64,000 nt of DNA from Oopsacas minuta (Eukaryota > Animalia > Porifera): positions 1 through 64,000 of the forward strand of contig JAKMXF010000302.1 in assembly GCA_024704765.1 (NCBI GenBank), written 5' to 3'. The notes under the pieces are model-generated. The model ran no database searches and was not told where the DNA came from. It saw nothing but the letters and a program-made list of their open reading frames with translations. Shown piece after piece: positions 20,639 through 31,062 of the stretch (position 1 is its first letter; every line of letters begins with the position of its first letter). Both the position numbers and the translations under genes were made by a program.

Positions 20639-22462
20639 CTATCTGAGTTCCAACGGTTTCAACGAGATATCTCTGACAACACGGAATTCTCCGCAATTAT
20701 TCAGATGCTCGTTCTCAAGTCGAAAGAAGTTCCACACAAATCTTCTGAATACTTCGAGCGCTGCAATAGGAAATGCAATAATTTCCTGAGGGAATAAGTT
20801 AGTTTGACCGACAGAGAGCGTTAGAGTCCAAGCACACCTCAACAATCCATCCTCTATAGCAGCTAATATGTACAGTATCTTATAAGGGTAAATACGCTCT
20901 TTTCTCAGGCTACATCGCCCCTCGAACAAACCCCAATCCATAAACAAGTCCCAAGCAGTAGTATATAGAGTGTTAACTACTCCAGCAGCTACCCACAGCA
21001 CCACAGTTAGAAGGTAGCCAGTTGTGTCTTGTCCTGAAGAATCCTTAACTGTAGCGCTGAGTGTACTGAAAAATACAACAAAAAGAGAGGAGGAATATTT
21101 ACCAGCATTCACCAGGTGAGGGAATGCGCGGCCAGTATCTCTGTATCTGCGTAGACACTGCATGAATCGAAACCAAGCAGGCATACACGCGATCACAGGT
21201 CTAACTCCGTATACATGAGTTCCACAACCATCAAGTTGATTACCTGTCAATCCTATCAAGAACACAACAACACTACATAAATAGAACTCTACATCTAACA
21301 ACACAGTGACTAAACTGTTGAGTTGATCTGCAAGCCAGAAATCTGCAAAGTCAACACGAAACAATGGAGCTAGAGGGATACGAATAAGCTTCTTGATTAA
21401 CCAGAGACGAGATCGGAAGAATAATATTGGGAGAGGAATAGAAAAGAGAGCTAGAAATGAGAGTAGGAGAATCCCAGGAACGATGAACTGATGTATCCCT
21501 AATACTGGAGAGACTATGTATAGAACTCCAGCTAAGGACCAAATAAACAATCCGATAGAAGCAACTTCAAAGACTTGAAACACACTCAACCTGTTCCTAG
21601 GATCGTATTCAAATATAAGTACGTGATTAACCCCGTAGTTAACCCAGGCTTTAGTATTGATAGCGTAGAAGAACATGAACAGAGTGAGTAGAAAAGTGGG
21701 ACGGAATGCAGAATATGCTACCTTCCAGTGTTCGAATCCATATCTAGGAATAAAGTATATAGCACCGATCAACATAGCAACTAGTAAGATAGTGGAACAT
21801 CCGAATAGATACCCAGCTGGGAAAATCCCCTTTCTTTTGCCGAAATCTCTGAGGGGAGGGACACGTAATCCGTTCATGGCTTTTTTCCTATTTCCATCCT
21901 CGAGTCTGATAACGAATTCTTCTGTCTTGTCAATCATTTCCTGGATTTTATTGGAGGATACCATGTAGGATTGTTTCACGCAATTATTCATAAACTCTTG
22001 TCCTCTCGTGCTCACAATTACCTTGTCATGTTTCTTGGCGATCTTACGAAAACCGGACTGATTGAGAACACGAAAGTTCTGTAGAATTATTAAATTCAGA
22101 TAGAACTCCTTATAAGCAAACTTTATATCGTTCTTTTGTCGCGAATAAGTACGTATACGAGGATTATTCGCACTTCTCTCCAAATCAGTGAGTTGATGAG
22201 TTAACTCATTGAGACGGGAATTCAATTTGAATTCCTGTGACTTATAAAAAAGTTCCATCTCTTCTAATTGAGTATGAAGTTCTCTGAAAAATTCCTCTTC
22301 TAATTCTGCGTTTATTTCTACTTCTACTGATTCATCCCGAGAAAAATGGATTTTGTCTTTCTGAATTATTTTATATATCAATTCTTTTAAGAATTGATAT
22401 CTGATATATTTGCTCCTCCACTCAGGAGTGAGTTGGTGAGCCAGCTGATCTGAAAATTTCAT
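20639..22462 (-). CDS. XPR1: SPX-EXS phosphate exporter XPR1, 607 aa
   Basis: SPX start MKFSDQL...TPEWRSKYIRY..LK and GFRKIAKKHDK; EXS motifs DFWLADQLNS, RFMQCLRRY, LVNAGKY, RRFVWNFFRLENEHLNNCGEFR. Confidence 0.96.
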   Translation of the reverse strand: MKFSDQLAHQLTPEWRSKYIRYQFLKELIYKIIQKDKIHFSRDESVEVEINAELEEEFFRELHTQLEEMELFYKSQEFKLNSRLNELTHQLTDLERSANNPRIRTYSRQKNDIKFAYKEFYLNLIILQNFRVLNQSGFRKIAKKHDKVIVSTRGQEFMNNCVKQSYMVSSNKIQEMIDKTEEFVIRLEDGNRKKAMNGLRVPPLRDFGKRKGIFPAGYLFGCSTILLVAMLIGAIYFIPRYGFEHWKVAYSAFRPTFLLTLFMFFYAINTKAWVNYGVNHVLIFEYDPRNRLSVFQVFEVASIGLFIWSLAGVLYIVSPVLGIHQFIVPGILLLSFLALFSIPLPILFFRSRLWLIKKLIRIPLAPLFRVDFADFWLADQLNSLVTVLLDVEFYLCSVVVFLIGLTGNQLDGCGTHVYGVRPVIACMPAWFRFMQCLRRYRDTGRAFPHLVNAGKYSSSLFVVFFSTLSATVKDSSGQDTTGYLLTVVLWVAAGVVNTLYTTAWDLFMDWGLFEGRCSLRKERIYPYKILYILAAIEDGLLRCAWTLTLSVGQTNLFPQEIIAFPIAALEVFRRFVWNFFRLENEHLNNCGEFRVVRDISLKPLELR

Positions 22463-22649
22463 CTTTATAAATAATGTTGTAGTTAAAATCTGGAATTTTA
22501 TATAATTTAATTAAATTAAACAAAGTCCAGTATATGAATATTAGCAACAAATAAAACCTATCAACAAGCTAACTAGCTCAGATTTCATATTGCTAGATTA
22601 GGAGAATACAATTCCACACAATTATTAGAAACTAATCAGTCAGATTTAA

Positions 22650-24269
22650 TTACATTTCTTTATCTAAATGCAATCTTTCTGGCTGAAGAAAGTTTTCATC
22701 AGATTCTGGATCTTTCTCGAGGTTCATTTTATGAAATAAAGTTTGGGAAGATATACGTTTCAATGATGAACATAATCTCATGAGATCGATAATAATCAAT
22801 CTTGAAATAACCAAGGCTGCTAATGCACAGGAAGATATCAGCAAATAAATTACCCAATCATAGCCCAAATTATTCAAAAGGAGTCCAGTAAGTAATGGTC
22901 CCGTGGCAGCTCCCAGCGATCCAATCCCATCAATTATAGCTACAACAGTACCCTTTGCATTAACACTGTTCTTAAGTGATTCGTGTGTACCTAGATCTGC
23001 AGAGATAGCCGTTGTGATTAGTGAGTAGGGACCGTTAATCATAAACCCGAATACAAACTGCAGAACTGTATTAGCCACAATCCCAGTATTACCAAATCTG
23101 TAATACATAAATAAACTCGGTATAGACGAGTATAGCATTACACCACAGATAACAGATCGAGATTGGAATATATCTGATATGAATCCAGCGAATATTCCTC
23201 CAAATATCCCTCCTATATCAAAAGTAACGGACAAGAATGCTGATAGCTCAGCTGACAGATATGATCCATTCATCTGAATGGAAAATCTTATAAAGTACGG
23301 CAGCCAAAACAAGAAAGTATAACTAACTAATTTGTTGAAAAAGAGACATGCAGAGTACTCAACAACTCCAGGGATTAGTAAAGCTCTGCAAAAACCAATC
23401 GCTTTAGGAGGGGCAGTAGTATTCTCAAATGAGACAGCATGATGCTTAGGTTGAGGGAGGCCTACGTCACTAGGATCTGATACTAAGAATAGGAAAATTA
23501 GCACAGCTACAATTATCATTATAAATCCAGGAACGAAAAAGGACCAACCCCAGTCACTGCCTGCCCAGATACCAGGAATAACCGAACCTAAGATGTTACC
23601 AAAAGGCGTATGGATATTCCATATGCCAAGAATCAATCCACGTTTGCTTTTGCCGAACCAATGATTGTTTGCAGAAAATACACCTGTATGTCCCATAGAT
23701 TGGAATATTCCATTGCCAATCTGTACAATTATAAAATATATTATTGAGTGTATTCGAGAGAAGTAAGCTAACCCAAGCAAGAGCATGAAGCCTCCGCTAG
23801 CAAAGGTACCGAATGCTAAAAAGCAGCGCAAGTTTGATCTGTCACTAATTGCACCGCTAAAGAACATTGCTATAGCGTAAGTGAGCAAGAAGGAATAGTC
23901 CAACACTCCCAATAGAGTAACTCCTTGTTGAGTATTGAAAGGAGCCCATCCATGATTACAAGTAGTGTTAGATTCGATATAAGTTATATTGAATTCTGAG
24001 TCATTGCAGTTATCTCTAAGAGTACTCTTAACTACGCTTAGGGATTTCCTAGAGAGATGGAATGCTGTATAACAGATAAATGTTAGAATCCAAACGCTAG
24101 CTTTATAGATTCTCGTCTTTACCTTTACTGATAATTGAAATGAAACTGATTTCTCTATAAGCGGAGGGAGTGATAGAAAATCGAAATTATTAGCATTCTC
24201 CTTCTCAAGGAAAATAAGAGGATCTTCAGGGGACACTTTGGTTTCTTCCTTAATAATATTTGACGACAT
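22650..24269 (-). CDS. SLC37A2: SLC37A1/2-type sugar-phosphate:phosphate exchanger (MFS), 539 aa
   Basis: TFICYTAFHLSRKSLSVVK, GWAPFN, GLILGIWNIHT..GNILGS, KLVSYTFLFWLP, NGPYSLITTAISADLGTH, AIIDGIGSLGAA. The paralogue assignment (A1/A2/A3) is uncertain. Confidence 0.88.
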   Translation of the reverse strand: MSSNIIKEETKVSPEDPLIFLEKENANNFDFLSLPPLIEKSVSFQLSVKVKTRIYKASVWILTFICYTAFHLSRKSLSVVKSTLRDNCNDSEFNITYIESNTTCNHGWAPFNTQQGVTLLGVLDYSFLLTYAIAMFFSGAISDRSNLRCFLAFGTFASGGFMLLLGLAYFSRIHSIIYFIIVQIGNGIFQSMGHTGVFSANNHWFGKSKRGLILGIWNIHTPFGNILGSVIPGIWAGSDWGWSFFVPGFIMIIVAVLIFLFLVSDPSDVGLPQPKHHAVSFENTTAPPKAIGFCRALLIPGVVEYSACLFFNKLVSYTFLFWLPYFIRFSIQMNGSYLSAELSAFLSVTFDIGGIFGGIFAGFISDIFQSRSVICGVMLYSSIPSLFMYYRFGNTGIVANTVLQFVFGFMINGPYSLITTAISADLGTHESLKNSVNAKGTVVAIIDGIGSLGAATGPLLTGLLLNNLGYDWVIYLLISSCALAALVISRLIIIDLMRLCSSLKRISSQTLFHKMNLEKDPESDENFLQPERLHLDKEM

Positions 24270-24773
24270 TAGTTCTATGTGCTTGGATGAACCAAACTAG
24301 ATCTTCAATTATATACCCATTTTTTTCGGGCATAATAGGAAGCCAATTTGTTTCTTTGTAAAGCTCTCTTCCAGCATAATCCGTATTGCAATGATTGTCT
24401 GATCTAATAAACCAGACTGATGATTCTGATTTAGTAGCAGAAAATGTTATTTGGATTTAAGCCTTTTATCCACTCAGAATCTGCAAAGTAGTTTATCTAA
24501 TCACCTTCATTAAATACGCTACTATGAATGTCATATCTGATACAATGTCATTTCTATCTAAGTATTCCACAGCTGTTGTGTGTAATAATAGTTAGGATGT
24601 ATTACATGCCGTATACTAACACACATAGAATCTGATACTATTATCTCTTATTTCCTACTTTTCATATGTAATTCCCAGCCATAAACTGTACTTTATTACT
24701 TAATGATGCATAAATATTATCTTATATAAGTATTACACCAATCCATTCCATAACATTAATATTTTATTTATTT

Positions 24774-27077
24774 ATGAAGAAAATGACCTCTCCCACTTCT
24801 TGGTTCGGACTCCGCACTAAGTCTAGCTCGAAGCGCTCAGTTAGTCCGGTACCTGTATCCGCCTCTACTCTCCGTTCTTCTATGAGGAGTAGTAGAACTC
24901 AGGGTGCAGAGGATTTGGCACGAAGAGGAGCTTATTTACACCCCATAGACTCTTCCAAGTGCCAAGAACAGCTCGTTCAGACTCCTAGAGCTTCAGAGAC
25001 ACAGGGCGAGGCAGCTCGATATCGTTCTGGAGAAGATGTGCTACGATCCAATAAAGAAGATTTGGGAAAGACTTATCTTTCCTGGGTTAACGCGCACTTA
25101 AAGAAACGCAATGATTCTGATAAAATTATCGATTTAGCGGCAGCACTGCAGGACGGAGTTACTTTATTGAATTTAGCAGAAATACTCTCCGGCAGAGAAG
25201 TGACTGGTTCACTCAGAATCCCACAAACACGAGAGGATCAGGAGATTAACGTTAGCAGGGTTTTGAGTTTTCTCTTAAAAGAAGGGCTAGAAGTTAAATC
25301 TGTAAGTTCTAGTGAGATAATGAAAGGTAACATGAAACATATTTTGAGGGTAATTTACTCCATGGCTTGTCATTATAAAGCTACTCCCATCCAGCAGCCT
25401 GGGCTGTTAGGAGAGAACAGGAATGGCAGTTTGCAATCTACTCCAGCTCTGAATGAATACGCTAACCTAAAACACCAAGTAAATGAGTTCGAAAAGAAAC
25501 TACGAGGGAATGCACTGATCGCTAAGTACCGAAGAATGTCAATAAACTCTAACATTTTGAGCGACGTAGAAGATACTGCAGGAGGGTATGAGACTGATGG
25601 GACTGTCTGTGACGAAAATCATGATCACATTCCTAAACCTAAATCTAACAATTTAGAAGAACCTATCTACATTAATATGCCACTCTGTCAAATGCCAAAT
25701 CCTGTCAGTACAAATACGAATACATATAACAGCAATAATGATTACAGTAATATTCTCAGAAATAGCAAAAGTGCTTCCGATCTAATCTCCATTCAAGATA
25801 CAGAATTTCTGAATAGTGTTAATAACCGGATGGTACATGTATACAGTGAGAGTAATTCTCAACAGGTTATGACACTATCTCCACCTGTCAAACAAGATGA
25901 TATAGAAATGTGCTTTGATAAGTTATCAGTCTCACTCAGTGAACTTAGTCCCATCAAACACCAGATCATGCAAGTACAGAATGTACTCGTAGGTTCCACT
26001 GATATTCCTGGCTTAAAACCAGATATGAACCTTCTTCAGTCGCAGCTAGCTGATGTACAAATGAAATTAGATGACAAGATATGTCAACTGTCAGAGAACG
26101 AGGAGAAGAGAGAAAAGATTTCCTCACAACTTAACGTTGTAGTACAAGAATGTACTGACCTGTCGAATAGGCTTACAGAATCTCTGTCTATCAGAGCTGA
26201 TGTTCTCAGGAAGGACTATCTGCTTCAAAATTCAGAATCTGAGAACTTATCTCTGAGAATAGCAGTCCGTGAGAAAGATGAAATTATCAGACAACTCAAT
26301 GGGAGACTATTACTCCGTGAAGAGTTATTATCTACATTGGAGAGTCAGGTCAGTGAGCTAAACAGAGAGAAGGAGAGACAAGTCAAGGGAAGGACTCCTG
26401 CTATTGACTCACATCCTACTCTATCTAACTTATCAGAGATCAGTGAGACTCCAGCACACCTCTCTGCTAAAGTTAAGGATGTATGCGGTATCTTATTTAC
26501 ACTCAGAGCACGTGTTAACAAAGACCATACGTGTAGTCAGCTAATTGACTCAGTAGAAGATGGTATATACGCTATAGTAGAGAGGCTGTATTACTATGCC
26601 GCACGTAGCTCCAGGAGAAATTCGAGAGATGGAAGGAGAGGTCAGAGTCCGAGACCAGGTGTCAGGAATCACACACCAAAGTCTCCTAACTCTACCTTGA
26701 ATAGATCTAACTCAAGTACGAATAGCCTCAAGGCTGAGGGAACAGTTTTGGATCCAAATGAATTAGTTGTAATTGACATTTGTCACTCTCCTATGATGTA
26801 TGATACTCAAACCCTCTCTAAGCCCCTCACTAGAGTTATCTACTATGTAAACCAGCAGGAAACGCCCTCTCGTGTAACTATACACAAACTTCCTTCACTT
26901 GTAAAACTATCTGATGTTAAAACTCAGATTAACAGAGTTGGAAACTTTTCTTATTATTTCAAAGTCAACGATCCTGACTTCGGAGTGGTGAAAGAAGAGA
27001 TCCGACAAGATAACGATTGTGTTCCTGTTTACAAGAAAAACACTGTTGTTGTATATTTGGAGAGTCATGACTTATAA
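24774..27077 (+). CDS. DIXDC1: Dixin/Ccd1 (CH domain - coiled coil - DIX domain), 767 aa
   Basis: Calponin-homology domain (YLSWVNAHLKKR..DLAAALQDGVTLLNLAEILSG), long coiled coil, C-terminal DIX domain (TRVIYY...YYFKVNDPDFGVVKEEI..DNDCVP). Confidence 0.85.
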   Translation: MKKMTSPTSWFGLRTKSSSKRSVSPVPVSASTLRSSMRSSRTQGAEDLARRGAYLHPIDSSKCQEQLVQTPRASETQGEAARYRSGEDVLRSNKEDLGKTYLSWVNAHLKKRNDSDKIIDLAAALQDGVTLLNLAEILSGREVTGSLRIPQTREDQEINVSRVLSFLLKEGLEVKSVSSSEIMKGNMKHILRVIYSMACHYKATPIQQPGLLGENRNGSLQSTPALNEYANLKHQVNEFEKKLRGNALIAKYRRMSINSNILSDVEDTAGGYETDGTVCDENHDHIPKPKSNNLEEPIYINMPLCQMPNPVSTNTNTYNSNNDYSNILRNSKSASDLISIQDTEFLNSVNNRMVHVYSESNSQQVMTLSPPVKQDDIEMCFDKLSVSLSELSPIKHQIMQVQNVLVGSTDIPGLKPDMNLLQSQLADVQMKLDDKICQLSENEEKREKISSQLNVVVQECTDLSNRLTESLSIRADVLRKDYLLQNSESENLSLRIAVREKDEIIRQLNGRLLLREELLSTLESQVSELNREKERQVKGRTPAIDSHPTLSNLSEISETPAHLSAKVKDVCGILFTLRARVNKDHTCSQLIDSVEDGIYAIVERLYYYAARSSRRNSRDGRRGQSPRPGVRNHTPKSPNSTLNRSNSSTNSLKAEGTVLDPNELVVIDICHSPMMYDTQTLSKPLTRVIYYVNQQETPSRVTIHKLPSLVKLSDVKTQINRVGNFSYYFKVNDPDFGVVKEEIRQDNDCVPVYKKNTVVVYLESHDL

Positions 27078-27854
27078 GTTATAACAGCATTTCACTTATT
27101 TATCTTACAATCGCTTACATGCATGCTCTGTTACTTATTTGTATATATTCGGACATAATACATATCTATCTGCTCTTTCACTGGCTGTATTCATCCCAAT
27201 TATTTTATAACCATATCAAGTTAATTGGGAATCGTTAATGTTCTACCCTACCTCTTATACCAAACTTGTACTGGTGGGCTTAATAGATTGACCACTATTT
27301 GTATAAAATAGTCTTACAGATAATTCCTTTATAATTAGCATAACATCCCTCTATTATCACTCGATTAAATTTACTGACATTTTTTACATTTCACGTTATT
27401 TACAATATCCGTTTCCTTATAGATTAAATAATTAGAAATCACAATATTTCAGAAATGTATCTGGCCTCTGTCTCCCACAGACACACCCTCATACAGCTAC
27501 CACGAGTCCAAAGGAGAATATCGTTTCAATAGAGGCTCTGATTTAGTCAGTATTTTCACTAGCCCATAACGTTATGGACTGTTCTACTGTTCACTAAGAC
27601 ATTACTTTCTCAATGCAATAGAGAAAGCATTATATAAGAGCAATTATATAGGTTTCAATTTACTACAATACAGATTGGTGTGCTATAGAAAAGAGATACC
27701 TTTTCTAGTGTCAACTAAACTCTGTGTCCGATTGCGTGTTGTGCTACTGTTGCTAACTGGTGCTAAGGTGGAACTCTGTTCAAACTCTACTTTGATTTTG
27801 CTAGTCATTTTATTGAATTGCAATTTGGAAAATCGTAAAACCAAACTTTTCCCA

Positions 27855-28568
27855 ATGGCAGAATCTGAGAAGATCACAAAAATAGTGGATTTGATGCCAG
27901 GTATGTCACGGATTTGTTGTAAGTTCATTGTCCTGGAGGTGAATAATGGGATCACCACAAGGGATGGCCACATAATCACAACCTGTCGTGTGGCGGATAG
28001 GACCGCATCCATAAATCTGTCAGTATGGGATGATAAGGGGAAGGCGATCAAGTCAGGCGACATTTTAAAACTGAATAAGGGATACATAAACCTTTGGAAA
28101 AACGTCCTAACTTTATACACAGGAAAAGCTGGGCAGCTAACTCGTGTGGGAGACTTCGCATTTTTATTTTCTGAACATCCGTTTCTGAGTGAACATGGCC
28201 GCTACGCTCCAGACTCTGCTATAAGATATTCAGACCCTCCTAATGATGGATCAGAGCGTATGGTACCTCATGAAATGTCTCCGTTATACCCCAACTCATC
28301 TGAGATTACATTTCCTAACTCCTATGAGCCAAACGGACACACAATAACACCAGAAATCCCCCTTACTATGCCCTATAATCTCCACACAGAGTGGAGATAT
28401 CAGTCCAATATGCGCCTCCCTGTTCCTCCTAACAACTTCTCACAGGTGCAAATGCACCCCTTAGTAACCCCTACCTCCCACATGCAAATGAAACCGTTCA
28501 CCGTCTCTCCAGGCGCTAAGCCCTCGAATGGCACGTTTGAAAATGAAAAGCAAACCAAAAAGTTTTGA
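27855..28568 (+). CDS. NABP: SOSS complex subunit B (OB-fold ssDNA-binding protein, NABP1/2); probable ATG at 27855
   Basis: DLMPGM..I..KFIVLEV...TTRDGH....RVADRTASINLSVWD....IKSGDILKLNKGYINLWKNVLTLYTGKAGQL..VGDFAFLFSEHPFLSE, followed by a Pro-rich tail. Confidence 0.92.
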   Translation: MAESEKITKIVDLMPGMSRICCKFIVLEVNNGITTRDGHIITTCRVADRTASINLSVWDDKGKAIKSGDILKLNKGYINLWKNVLTLYTGKAGQLTRVGDFAFLFSEHPFLSEHGRYAPDSAIRYSDPPNDGSERMVPHEMSPLYPNSSEITFPNSYEPNGHTITPEIPLTMPYNLHTEWRYQSNMRLPVPPNNFSQVQMHPLVTPTSHMQMKPFTVSPGAKPSNGTFENEKQTKKF

Positions 28569-28970
28569 GCATCGCAATAGCTTTTACCAAACTACTGTTT
28601 GAAGAATCTTCATTATGTGATGGGATGGGAAAACTGCAGGAGAGACATTTTAATTTACATATTAATTAATTAATTGATTATTTGTCTGTTTTCTTGTACA
28701 GTAACAGGGCTATAGGCTATAGGATTTATACCATAGAATTCAGCGGTTTTGCTAGTTTCATTGTGTCAATTTAAATTAAGACAACTCTGCATTCTTATCA
28801 GCAGCTTTAGACGAGTATCATATGTATTCTGCATTTATGGCTGCGTAATCTTTAAGAAATTATATTTATTTGTTATCTATTATCCATGGTTAGTATGATT
28901 ACACACGTTGTTTACATACTATTCCCATTCGTATTATTATAACATCAACCGATATGTCATAGTCTGTTTG

Positions 28971-29933
28971 ATGAGTTCCAAGAAACAGCAGTACGACCAG
29001 CTCAGATGTCCCCACCATCCCAATGCAGATCTGGTGGAAGACTACAGAGCTGGGGATATGGTCTGTCCACTGTGCGGAGTTGTTGTGGGAGACCGAGTGG
29101 TGGATGTAGGAACGGAATGGCGTACCTTCAGTGGGGACCAGGGATTGCGTGACAGATCTAGAGTAGGTGCTGCCATGAACCATCTTCTCGACGGACGTGA
29201 GCTCACTACAGTCATGGATACTTCTGGCGCTTCAACTAATCAGTTCGCATCTTGGGCCCTGAATGCAGCAGCTACAGGATCTACTGACAGAGGGTTGTTG
29301 AATGGAATGAGAGAGATCTCATCCATGGCTGATCGTATCAGTCTACCTAAGGTAATAGTAGACCAAGCACAGGCTCTGTTCAAACAGGTACAGGAGGAGA
29401 AATTAATCAGAGGTAGATCTTACGATGCGGTAGCAGCTGCTTGTCTGTTCATCGCCTGTAGACAAGAAGACGTACCTCGCTCATTCAAGGAAATTTGCAG
29501 AATTTCTCGTTACACTAAGAAAGAGATAGGTCGGTGTTTCAAACACCTGATTAGAGTACTGCCTCAGTTCTCTCAACCTGGTACTGGGGGTACAGCTACT
29601 TCTCATAATAGTCCTGATAAGTTTATGTCTAGATATTGTTCCAATTTAGAATTACCTCGATATGTTCAGAAACTTGCTACCTATATAGCACAAAGTATAG
29701 AGAGGTTAGATATTGCTCGTGGGAGAGTTTATCTCTCAATTTATACAGCAGCTATTTATCTAGCGTGCACCGCTACCAACGCGAAGAGGACGATCAAGGA
29801 AATTCATGAGGCCGTGGGTGTGGCAGAGGGAACCATCAGACAGACTTATAGGATAGTTTATCCTTATAGAAAAGAGCTATTCCCTGAAGATTATGAAGGA
29901 ATCAAGTCTGTAGAAGAAATTCCTCCCCTCTGA
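28971..29933 (+). CDS. GTF2B: General transcription factor IIB; probable ATG at 28971
   Basis: Zn ribbon CPHHP..LVEDYRAGDMVCPLCGVVVGDRVVDVGTEWRTF, B-reader RVGAA, two cyclin folds. Confidence 0.96.
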   Translation: MSSKKQQYDQLRCPHHPNADLVEDYRAGDMVCPLCGVVVGDRVVDVGTEWRTFSGDQGLRDRSRVGAAMNHLLDGRELTTVMDTSGASTNQFASWALNAAATGSTDRGLLNGMREISSMADRISLPKVIVDQAQALFKQVQEEKLIRGRSYDAVAAACLFIACRQEDVPRSFKEICRISRYTKKEIGRCFKHLIRVLPQFSQPGTGGTATSHNSPDKFMSRYCSNLELPRYVQKLATYIAQSIERLDIARGRVYLSIYTAAIYLACTATNAKRTIKEIHEAVGVAEGTIRQTYRIVYPYRKELFPEDYEGIKSVEEIPPL

Positions 29934-31062
29934 ATACTCAATCCTTAGCCTTGCGCTCACTTATATCACCAAATTACCACATTACCACATTATTTGAGAA
30001 TTTACTTGTATTTCAACCCAGCACTTAGAAACTTAGATTATTATTCATTTAATTATACTTTGATTTGTTTATTTCTAATTTTCCATTCTTAGCTATTTAC
30101 TATTTTCTCTCGTTAACTTTATGAACAGTTTTAACGTAAACAAATTGTTGATTAATTCTTAGCTAAAATTGGTAGGAGTCCATGCCAGCATCTCATGTGT
30201 TATCATTCTCATAAGATTTGGTTAGATAAACAGAATCCTCTAATTTACTGGTATGTTATCAATTTATAATTATTTGTTTTCTACATTTGTAACTAGTCAC
30301 GGCAGCCTTATTGGAGCTCTACTAATTAATGTGATTCTTAGTATTTTATATTTTGTTAACATGAAAAATTCGTCTTCTCATCTTTTATCCTATTCACATG
30401 AGTATGTATGTGTTTGGAATTTAAGTGGAAAGATCTGCGGCTATTAACGACACTTTTACGTCTCTTATTTATCGATTATAAGCCCAATTAATTATTGAAT
30501 ATTTCTTTAGAATTAAGCTGTTTACCTGTTTTAGATAAGTAAAAGTTAAACGACATATTTACTAATTCATTGCCATTTATAAATATATACCATTACTTTG
30601 TAGCATCAGTTTACTTGATTTCCTCTGCACACAAGAGCTAGACACATACTACACTTTTACATCCAATTTTGTCCCAACTTTGACTCTCACTATTTTATTT
30701 GGTCAATATGACTGGGACATCTTATTGTTAATTCGATTTGTTACTCAATACTGAATATTAAATATGATAATTATTGCACAAGTATGTAGCACATTCTCTC
30801 GTATTACTCCTCTTTTGTATCAATTACTTATACGTATATTTGGTTAATTACTTAATCGTACTTATATTAGAGATTTTTGTAATAATGTGCATATACCATT
30901 TAAGGTAGCCAATTAATTAATCCATCTAACATACACAATCTAAAATGGCTGTAGCAGCTATTTAAGTTATTAATTATGCTACCCCCCCTATAACTAATTA
31001 AAATTAGAATTTTGTAATATTCTCACTTAATAGACATACTCTCTCACACTCACAAATGAACT

